This document shows positions 57,266 through 64,000 of a DNA stretch of 64,000 bases, one piece after another. The DNA is from a virus (taxonomy: Duplodnaviria; Caudoviricetes). Positions within the stretch are counted from its first letter, which is position 1; each line of letters opens with the position of its first letter. The stretch covers positions 160,001 to 224,000 of IMG/VR virus record IMGVR_UViG_2595698902_000001, one strand, 5' to 3'. Made by a program: the position numbers and the translations under genes. The notes beneath the pieces were generated by a model, which saw only the letters and a program-made list of their open reading frames with translations, did no database searches and was not told the origin of the DNA.

Positions 57266-58009
57266 CTAGTTTGCTTCTACAAAAATTTCCGTCATAGGCA
57301 TGTAGCGCTCACGGAAATATTGCTCATGGCGACCGCTATCGGGTGCGTTGTGCGTGTACTGCACTTTCACTTCGATAACTTTCGTCAAGCCTTTGGTTTG
57401 CAGATAGGCGGCGGTTTTCCCGGTAGGAGGCATGATGCGCCGTCCCTCTTCTACAAAACATTTAATCGGGTCTTTCAGTGGACGATCCGTAGCGGATTTA
57501 AACCAGCGATCAACCGAACCCAACAAGAAAGGTTCCGTCGAGCCTTGCGGGTGAATCAGCAGGCCTTGGCCCTCGGCAGTTACGCCAATGCGCAGCGCTT
57601 CGATGCTGGTGCCGTGCAGCTGAATAATCGTCATTGGGCGGTGACGATAAATCGTAGGAATCTCTTCCACAAAACGTCGAATATGCGAGCGCGCCTGCTT
57701 CACAATAGCGGCCAGACAATCTTGGTAATGCGGATGATCGAATTGCGCGCGGCTGTAGCATTGCTGGATTTGATCCAGAACATCCTCGGCGCGCAAATCT
57801 TTTGGCAAGAAAAGGGAGCCGGAGTTGTAAATTACATGGATCAAACCGCGCCCATTGTTGACGAGAAACCGACCGTCGTTTTCTTTTGTGGAATCCTCGA
57901 TGCTAACAGTCATCAGGTCGCTTTGGCATTCGTGATTTTTATTCGCGTAGTGCCAACCAGCTCCGCCGTTAATCTTTGAGATATGCCGCATCAGATCATT
58001 CAGGTCCAT
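57266..58009 (-). CDS. Hypothetical protein
   Basis: 247-aa ORF in the minus-strand block. Confidence 0.7.
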   Translation of the reverse strand: MDLNDLMRHISKINGGAGWHYANKNHECQSDLMTVSIEDSTKENDGRFLVNNGRGLIHVIYNSGSLFLPKDLRAEDVLDQIQQCYSRAQFDHPHYQDCLAAIVKQARSHIRRFVEEIPTIYRHRPMTIIQLHGTSIEALRIGVTAEGQGLLIHPQGSTEPFLLGSVDRWFKSATDRPLKDPIKCFVEEGRRIMPPTGKTAAYLQTKGLTKVIEVKVQYTHNAPDSGRHEQYFRERYMPMTEIFVEAN

Positions 58010-58027
58010 CGTCGTCTACCTTTTCGT

Positions 58028-58534
58028 TTATGCTGCGTTTAAATTTTTCGGCTTGGGTATCTTGAAAGCTGGCGTTGAATCTTTACGCGGCAGCTCTTTG
58101 ATTGCGTCAAGGAACTTGTGGTGTTCGCGGCTCAGCTTATCGCGAGCTTCTGGCAGAGTGAACCACTTGCGTTTGCGCATGTGTTTTTCTTGCCACGAAT
58201 CGAACTGCGATAGGTATTCCATTGCGTACATGACGACGACTTGTTTCATGCCGTCTTTTTCGTATTCAAAGGTTCCGATCTTTTTGGTACATGTGCCGGT
58301 GACGCCTGCCTCTTCAAAGCATTCTTTCGCTGCGTTTTCCCGCGCGTCAAGGTGCTTTTCTTGACCGCCTTTAGTGAATCCCCACCACGCACTTTTCTTC
58401 AACTTTTTAACCAGCAGAACCTGCCGGATACCGTCCTTGTCACGGTAAGGAATACAACCCGATTGCTTGCGTACTTTGAGTTTTGTTTTCGGCAGCTCAG
58501 CGGGGGAAGCTTGAAGCGAAACCATCATCTGCAA
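58028..58534 (-). CDS. Nudix hydrolase
   Basis: QSGCIPYR...WGFTKGGQEKHLDARENAAKECFEEAGV Nudix box. Confidence 0.9.
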   Translation of the reverse strand: MQMMVSLQASPAELPKTKLKVRKQSGCIPYRDKDGIRQVLLVKKLKKSAWWGFTKGGQEKHLDARENAAKECFEEAGVTGTCTKKIGTFEYEKDGMKQVVVMYAMEYLSQFDSWQEKHMRKRKWFTLPEARDKLSREHHKFLDAIKELPRKDSTPAFKIPKPKNLNAA

Positions 58535-58579
58535 ATCCTCTAGGTATTAGTCGGGTACGCCGCTGTGCAACGTACCTTC

Positions 58580-58604
58580 TTAAATTACACCTTATATTTA
58601 CAGT
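58580..58604 (-). promoter_or_regulatory. Tandem ACTGTAAATAT and TAATTTAA motifs upstream of the Nudix gene
   Basis: The minus strand reads ACTGTAAATAT-AAGGTG-TAATTTAA. Confidence 0.55.
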
Positions 58605-58774
58605 TAACGGCGCATGTCGTGAATGGCTTGCTCAGCCGCATCCACAAACGTCAAACCGCTATGGCCCCACGACCACGGCGCGGTCCAATCGGGATGGGAA
58701 ATCAACTTTTTGCGGAAGCAAACGGTCAGCTTGAGGTCTTCCAAATCTTCAAGGAGTATCCGGTAATCAATCAT
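58604..58774 (-). CDS. Small hypothetical protein (56 aa, below the ORF-track cutoff)
   Basis: MIDYRILLEDLEDLKLTVCFRKKLISHPDWTAPWSWGHSGLTFVDAAEQAIHDMRR*, lying between two promoter motifs. Confidence 0.55.
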   Translation of the reverse strand: MIDYRILLEDLEDLKLTVCFRKKLISHPDWTAPWSWGHSGLTFVDAAEQAIHDMRR

Positions 58775-58810
58775 TTTATTCTCAGTGCGAGAGCGTTGTG
58801 GTTATACTGT

Positions 58811-58821
58811 ATATTTACAGT
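58811..58821 (-). promoter_or_regulatory. Candidate promoter motif ACTGTAAATAT
   Basis: Intergenic third copy of the 11-mer. Confidence 0.55.
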
Positions 58822-58822
58822 T

Positions 58823-59677
58823 TTACGAACGGAAGGTAATGATGAATTTTGGCTCTTTGTAAACGCTTTCAGGCGAATCAAGCAAGGCCGCGACGTGCGG
58901 GTCAGCGGAACCCAAAACAACCTCGACCATTTCGTGCTTAACGGATTCCAGACCACGCGCCAGCATATCGAACAGGAAATAACTCGGCTGGTGCATTGTC
59001 ACGAAACTATTACCGACTTCCACTTGGCGGCGGTGTGGTTTGGACAAAGCTGCATCGGCAGTCAGGCCAGCGATAACATCGTCAAAGTTTTTGACCAGAG
59101 CGCTAGTCGAATCTTCGATGTATCTATAGAAATCGCTGTAGCGGTCGTTTGCGAACGACGCATCCATTTGTGCATCAGGGTGGCGGTGCGCGTAAAACGC
59201 AATCGACAAGATGAAGTGTTTGTCGTTATCTCTTGCGTCCGGTTTACCGAGGTACAGATCGATACTCTGACCGACTTGCGTTTGGTACGTTTCGATACCG
59301 GCTAGACCGAACACATCTTGCACCTGCGCTACGATAGCTTTTACTTTCGTTTCCAGAACGCCGGAACGCTCAGCCAAATCGACAACGTGCGCAACCAATT
59401 GTTGGCGCGTTTTTTCGTCGGTGATGTTGTGGCCCGACCATTCCTGTTTACCGCCACCAACCACAGCGAATCTGCGCGCTCCGTCTTCGACTTTGTAGAA
59501 CCAAATACCGTAACCGTTTTTGACCAGACGGCGATGGGAATCCGGGCCGCTGTTAACCCACGCATTGCTGTCTGTGTGTTGGTTAGGGCGTTTGTGGGAA
59601 ACGCTCACAAAACCCAGCTCTTCCAACTCCGTCATCAGCTGGTTGGCGACTTCGACGGAAATGATATTTTTACTCAT
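58823..59677 (-). CDS. Hypothetical protein
   Basis: Start placed at MSKNIIS, overlapping the upstream stop. Confidence 0.7.
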   Translation of the reverse strand: MSKNIISVEVANQLMTELEELGFVSVSHKRPNQHTDSNAWVNSGPDSHRRLVKNGYGIWFYKVEDGARRFAVVGGGKQEWSGHNITDEKTRQQLVAHVVDLAERSGVLETKVKAIVAQVQDVFGLAGIETYQTQVGQSIDLYLGKPDARDNDKHFILSIAFYAHRHPDAQMDASFANDRYSDFYRYIEDSTSALVKNFDDVIAGLTADAALSKPHRRQVEVGNSFVTMHQPSYFLFDMLARGLESVKHEMVEVVLGSADPHVAALLDSPESVYKEPKFIITFRS

Positions 59678-60581
59678 TGGGTTCGCCCACAAAAGGTTGT
59701 TTGAACAGAATGCGTGTATCGGTGACTTTGTAGCTTGCCGCGTCAAGGTCTTGCTTAACCAACAAACCGTCGATTGTAGCATTGCCGGTTGTCGATCTTA
59801 CGGTGTGTTCTTTGCTGCCAACGCCCAGCACGCCAAGGTCGAGCATGTATTGCAGATATTCGCCGGGGCAACCGAGCGTAACGATCAGGCCGTTACCTTC
59901 GTTCGCACAAATCAGGAATTTTTTGAAGCGGTCGTGCTGGTCGCGAATCACGCGCAGGCAGTCTTCCAGCGTTTCGACTTTATTCCGGGGAGTATCGTCG
60001 TCTTCGCATTCGCCGTCGTCCGGTTCGGCGCAGCCTGTATCCTCGAAAATGCGCCAGTCATTACCGACGAAAATTGCAGACTGCAAAACCATTGCGCCGG
60101 GGCGGTTGAATTTCAAGGTAAACAGATCGGGTTTTGCGTCCGAGTCCGCGTCTTCCAACGGCAGCGCCGGGCTGATATCCAGCTTGAAATGAATTCGTTC
60201 TTTTTTCTCGACGCGCAGGAAAGGAATACCTGCCGCTTCCAGCACAGGCGCCAATTGATCAGCCAGTGCATTGAGTGCGGCGTGTTTCCGATCCAGACTG
60301 TTGGCTGCGCTGATAATGCGTTCGGCCAACTTGTTCACGTCTTTGGCCTGCTTCGGACCGCATATTCTGAACTTAGGAACAAACGCAGTAAAACTAGCTT
60401 CTTTTTTCGGCGTCGTGTAGTAGGAAGTGCGTACCCACGCGAGGCCGCGACGGTACATGTTTTCGGTGCGAGCGGTACGCGATTCAGCGTTGCCCGTTTC
60501 TACGCCGTGCTCAGTGCAAATAAAACCGGCATCGTGCAGCAGGGCTTCCAGTTGCTGGATAAATTCTACTTCATAGCGCAT
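59670..60581 (-). CDS. Hypothetical protein
   Basis: 303-aa ORF in the operon. Confidence 0.7.
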   Translation of the reverse strand: MRYEVEFIQQLEALLHDAGFICTEHGVETGNAESRTARTENMYRRGLAWVRTSYYTTPKKEASFTAFVPKFRICGPKQAKDVNKLAERIISAANSLDRKHAALNALADQLAPVLEAAGIPFLRVEKKERIHFKLDISPALPLEDADSDAKPDLFTLKFNRPGAMVLQSAIFVGNDWRIFEDTGCAEPDDGECEDDDTPRNKVETLEDCLRVIRDQHDRFKKFLICANEGNGLIVTLGCPGEYLQYMLDLGVLGVGSKEHTVRSTTGNATIDGLLVKQDLDAASYKVTDTRILFKQPFVGEPNE

Positions 60582-60890
60582 TTAATTTGCCTCCACGGCT
60601 GTTCTGTTCCACTGGCTTGCGTTGCGAATCAATACGTCGTCAATCTCGCCGCGAGAATCCAAATCCAAAGTTTCCGAACGCCCGTGGCAATTAGGATCGC
60701 CGCTGACTTCGCAGAAACCTGCGCTAACCACATTCAGCGTTGGCTTGATATCGCCGCCTGTACGATCCATTGCGCGAATCGTCATTTGCGACATTACATC
60801 GTGGTTGATGCACTTTGGAAAAATGATCGGCAGTTCGTGAATCACGCCGGTCTGATAATCGCGTCCTTGCATAACAATGTACTTCATCAT
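60582..60890 (-). CDS. Hypothetical phage protein
   Basis: MKYIV...PIIFP...H...VVSAGF...CHGRSETL, a recurrent small phage-protein pattern. Confidence 0.7.
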   Translation of the reverse strand: MMKYIVMQGRDYQTGVIHELPIIFPKCINHDVMSQMTIRAMDRTGGDIKPTLNVVSAGFCEVSGDPNCHGRSETLDLDSRGEIDDVLIRNASQWNRTAVEAN

Positions 60891-60905
60891 TTCTCGTTTT
60901 CCTTG

Positions 60906-61040
60906 TTAACGACGAATAGCGAAACCGGAATGCCCAGTTTGTGCAGCGAATCCCTTGGAGACTTTTGGTTCGTTGCAACCGATCAACGCGACAAGCGCGA
61001 AGACCGGCAACAGCGGCATAATATTGCGGAGATTTTTCAT
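60906..61040 (-). CDS. Mini-lipoprotein (44 aa, below the ORF-track cutoff)
   Basis: MKNLRNIMPLLPVFALVALIGC lipobox; ATGA-coupled to the upstream gene. Confidence 0.55.
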   Translation of the reverse strand: MKNLRNIMPLLPVFALVALIGCNEPKVSKGFAAQTGHSGFAIRR

Positions 61041-61468
61041 AGCAATACTTTCCTAAACCCTTGGTCAAAGAAAATCGTTACGCCTTGTGTTTTGGAGCCG
61101 TGGCCTGTGATGCACACTGCACCGGGACTGCGTGAAATCTTGTGCTCGAAATCTACCCGTTTGAACAAAGCGCCATTCTCTTTGCAGCGCGCTTTCATTT
61201 TATTTACAGTTTCGTAGGAGAAGCGTGGCGGCTCACGGAGCTGGAATTCTGTGTACCAATACTGCGCCCACTCTTCGCGCTTCTGCACATCCCTTGCACG
61301 TTCTGCGTGGCGTTCGGAATAGCCGTTAAACGAATTACTCTTTGGGCCGTTTATGTACCACACAATCCCGAGGAAAAACAGCAAGGCAAACACAGCAAGG
61401 AACAGAGCGGTCAGGGCATCGCTCTTAGCATGACGGTCGCATTTGCAACAGCAACATTTAGTCGTCAT
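61037..61468 (-). CDS. Single-TM membrane protein with Cys-rich N-terminus
   Basis: MTTKCCCCKC...LTALFLAVFALLFFLGIVWYI. Confidence 0.65.
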   Translation of the reverse strand: MTTKCCCCKCDRHAKSDALTALFLAVFALLFFLGIVWYINGPKSNSFNGYSERHAERARDVQKREEWAQYWYTEFQLREPPRFSYETVNKMKARCKENGALFKRVDFEHKISRSPGAVCITGHGSKTQGVTIFFDQGFRKVLL

Positions 61469-61772
61469 TTTTGCACACCTTTTTGAAGCCTTGGCCTAGC
61501 GGCGGAATACCCGGCATCGCAGGCCAGTGTGCGTTAATGCGTTTGATCGAACCGTCTGGCGCTTCGCACACAGCAAACACAGGCGTAGGGGCGTTGGCTC
61601 GCAAATCGGTTTCTTTGCCTTGGTATTTCAGGCCTTCCAATTCACAAGTTTTCTTTGCAGAATCGCCCCACGGGTCTTTCGACAAATCACGCTGCGCAGG
61701 AGGCACGCACTCTTCTTTGGAACAGCCAACCAGCGCCAGCGCTACAGCCAAAACAATAGAAATCTTTTTCAC
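61458..61772 (-). CDS. Lipoprotein
   Basis: GTG start with RBS GAGG; (M)KKISIVLAVALALVGC lipobox. Confidence 0.7.
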   Translation of the reverse strand: MKKISIVLAVALALVGCSKEECVPPAQRDLSKDPWGDSAKKTCELEGLKYQGKETDLRANAPTPVFAVCEAPDGSIKRINAHWPAMPGIPPLGQGFKKVCKNDD

Positions 61773-61825
61773 GTCATCTGCCTCTTTCGTGGTTGGTGCC
61801 CGCCGAAGCAGGCACCGTTTACTTT

Positions 61826-62041
61826 TTACTTGTTGAATTTCTGCCGGATTTTCTGAGCGAGAATACCCAGCCCGGAATGGGCAACATACGCAAACTCGGC
61901 GGCACTGAGCACAAAGCCCAGCAGCACCATGACTGCGAAATCGCCAGCGCCCGACCGACTGTGCTGCCATGCGTATTTAAACGCGGAGTAAATCCACATG
62001 GACAGGACAACCAGCAGGAAAAGAGCAAGAATACGCATCAC
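61826..62041 (-). CDS. Small two-TM membrane protein
   Basis: Two hydrophobic segments; overlaps the stop of the GspS-like gene. Confidence 0.6.
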   Translation of the reverse strand: MMRILALFLLVVLSMWIYSAFKYAWQHSRSGAGDFAVMVLLGFVLSAAEFAYVAHSGLGILAQKIRQKFNK

Positions 62042-63426
62042 AGATATTCCTCTTCATCGTCATCTTCGTCTTCGATATCGTCGATCAGAATGTGTGGAAT
62101 GAACCGCTCATTTTTCCACGACAAAGTAGGCGATTCAAATTCACGAATGCACAGCGTAGCGGCAGTGGATTCGCGCATGGTGACGTAGTTGGTCGAAACA
62201 TCCGGCACCATAAACATGCCGATGATGAAATTGTTGCGGCCCGGAACTTGGAACGGCGGCGCGTACATTTGATAAACTACGTCGTCACCATCGTATGCGC
62301 CATCGGTCGAATAATTATGCGAACCGTCAGCATTGAAAATGGTGATGTTGTTCGACATGCGTCCGATTTTTGGCTTGCTTACGAATTTCTCGCCAACTTG
62401 CAGGAAGCGCTGGTTGTTGAGGTAGGTCGGCAGCACCGGAACGTTTTCATAACGAAGCCGGAAATCTTCGTCGGTTTCGATCAGGTGGGTGATGAATGCC
62501 CAAATGCCTTTGTTCGACGCAAACCAGCGCCATGCAGGCTCAAGGAAGGTAACGTGTTGGCCCCAGTTCGTCCATTCCTTGAATGCGTGCGGCGCAACTT
62601 TCACCATCGATTCAATCATTTCTTCCCACGGCAGCAGGGCGAAAATAACCGACGCCGGGGTATCGCCAATCACAAACGGATTGGAGCGGTTGGTGAAGTC
62701 GTAATCCATTTCGGTAATGTCGGCGAACATACATTCGTTTTCTTCACCGAGAATTTGCTGGATAACTTCACTGGTCGCCACGTCTTCAAACGTGTTGTGG
62801 TCACAGATTACGGCGGCGGTGCCGGGGATAGCGCCCATGTTGCGGATCAGTTCTTGTAGCGTCGGATAGAAACTATTCAACTGCAAGAAATTGTCGCCGG
62901 TCAGCGTTTCGCAAATCATGTTTTGCTGCGAAACAGCTTCAAACAGCATGGTCGGCGTATCGCCGTTGAATTCGTAGATGCCTTCGACTTGATTGGTGTC
63001 AGGATTCAGCGTGGCGTCGAAGCGGCCATAAATTGCTTGGCGGGCACTTCCAACATCGCGGTAAGTGAAGCGGGCATAGTCGAGGAAATACGGGTGGCGG
63101 CGCAGGAAAGCGCAACCCATATATTTCATGACTTCTGCATCAGGAAGCGCGAACAATTTGCCGACAGCTTCGACCAGCATTGCGTAAGCATTCTCGAATG
63201 TGGTTTCGATTTCTGCACACGCGGAAAGCGGCAGTTCGTAGACCGGCATATTGCGCGAATTTTTGAGGGTAAAATCGAAATAATCATGCACGTCTTTGTA
63301 GAACGCTGCGTCGCACGCGGCTTGGCTTTGGCCGGGAGCTTGGCGGTAGAAGGCCTGCGTATACGGCAGTTCTTCGTTCATCATTTTGTTCAGATCGAAA
63401 TTGATATCGTAGTGCGTGCAGTGCAT
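62038..63426 (-). CDS. Glutathionylspermidine-synthase-like ATP-grasp ligase (YgiC/YjfC family)
   Basis: YGRFD, YEFNGDTPTMLFEA, PWEEM, EPAW...SNKG, SKPKIGR, VYQ and FIPH. Confidence 0.92.
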   Translation of the reverse strand: MHCTHYDINFDLNKMMNEELPYTQAFYRQAPGQSQAACDAAFYKDVHDYFDFTLKNSRNMPVYELPLSACAEIETTFENAYAMLVEAVGKLFALPDAEVMKYMGCAFLRRHPYFLDYARFTYRDVGSARQAIYGRFDATLNPDTNQVEGIYEFNGDTPTMLFEAVSQQNMICETLTGDNFLQLNSFYPTLQELIRNMGAIPGTAAVICDHNTFEDVATSEVIQQILGEENECMFADITEMDYDFTNRSNPFVIGDTPASVIFALLPWEEMIESMVKVAPHAFKEWTNWGQHVTFLEPAWRWFASNKGIWAFITHLIETDEDFRLRYENVPVLPTYLNNQRFLQVGEKFVSKPKIGRMSNNITIFNADGSHNYSTDGAYDGDDVVYQMYAPPFQVPGRNNFIIGMFMVPDVSTNYVTMRESTAATLCIREFESPTLSWKNERFIPHILIDDIEDEDDDEEEYL

Positions 63427-63497
63427 AAATCACTAATCCTTAGAGAAAGAGAATGAGCGGCCCGTTCTCTGAGCCGCTTTTGTAGCTTTGATTTTAA

Positions 63498-64000
63498 TCA
63501 GCTCGACGAACCGCCATGCGCCGAACTACGGCCACCGCCACCGGATGCAAATATCGCTTTTGCACGCGATTGCGTAGCACTTTGTACCGAGGCCGGGGCA
63601 CTGGAAGGCGAAGCGCGCCATTGCGAAACACGGGAATTCAGGTTTTGTCGGTAGTTCGGCGCAGCGCGGACAGCTGCGCGATTTTGGTTCATCATCGCAG
63701 CCGCATAACCTGCGGTGTTGCTGTTACGGCAACGGCGGCGTTCGTCGCGATTATCACACTGCGTTGTTTGCAGCGGTTGGTGCTGTTGCTGGTATTGCTG
63801 TACGCCCCCGGAACTGGTCATTGCTTTTGCCAGCAGATAACCGCCCAGCGCACCAGCACCAGCAGAGGCAACCATCGGCCACACGGAATCACTGCTTTGT
63901 CCGTTCGCTTCTTCGCGGACAACGTGCATTTGCTTTTTGCCGTTTTCATCCAAGGTAAAGTAAACGTCTTTTACCGTTGGGTCTTGCGCTTGCAATTCCT
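63498..64000 (-). CDS. YgiB/YjfM (DUF1190)-like protein, 5' truncated by the window edge
   Basis: WPMV...GGYLLAKAM segment and a low-complexity Gly/Ser tail (GGGGRSSAHGGSSS), directly upstream of the YgiC-like gene as in bacterial ygiBC. Confidence 0.6.
   Translation of the reverse strand, partial: ELQAQDPTVKDVYFTLDENGKKQMHVVREEANGQSSDSVWPMVASAGAGALGGYLLAKAMTSSGGVQQYQQQHQPLQTTQCDNRDERRRCRNSNTAGYAAAMMNQNRAAVRAAPNYRQNLNSRVSQWRASPSSAPASVQSATQSRAKAIFASGGGGRSSAHGGSSS

Noticed and set aside
53948-61217. Long plus-strand ORFs of 530, 553 and 565 aa
   Set aside because: They are antisense shadows spanning several tightly packed minus-strand genes, with no motifs or RBS.
1-64000. tRNA, rRNA or alternative genetic code
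   Set aside because: No cloverleaf or rRNA-like segment was recognised in the short intergenic gaps, and genes tile densely under the standard code using all three stop codons.

Overview
This window is 64 kb of a jumbo myovirus genome. Gene content and order recall the Pseudomonas Lu11/PaBG and Erwinia Y3 'hairy' myovirus group; this is from memory and not database-verified. There are four blocks. (1) 1-10.3 kb (+) is a translationally coupled operon of mostly unrelated proteins that nearly all begin with a short shared leader, M-K/R-I-x-L-A-[V/T/I]-A. It includes two ADP-ribosyltransferase-like proteins, three paralogues with a conserved 'HPYD-MSTGR-SCM' domain and divergent C-termini, and very basic proteins. 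It looks like a set of capsid-targeted, co-injected internal proteins and is the most striking feature. (2) 10.4-15.1 kb (-) carries DHFR, an insertion-rich thymidylate synthase, a P-loop kinase and small hypotheticals. (3) 15.2-53.8 kb (+) carries PAAR, gp25- and gp6-like baseplate genes, a large fibre module (four Cys-containing collagen-like proteins, Cys-rich PA14/Calx-beta, lectin and Gly-rich proteins), a membrane cassette and a lysis-like cluster with a degenerate M15 peptidase. (4) 53.9-64 kb (-) carries hypotheticals, DUF4326, a Nudix hydrolase, small lipoproteins and a YgiB/YgiC-like glutathionylspermidine-synthase-type pair. Two candidate phage promoter motifs (TAATTTA and ACTGTAAATA) and three apparent single-base frameshifts were also found. 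No rRNA, tRNA, CRISPR array or transposon was recognised.
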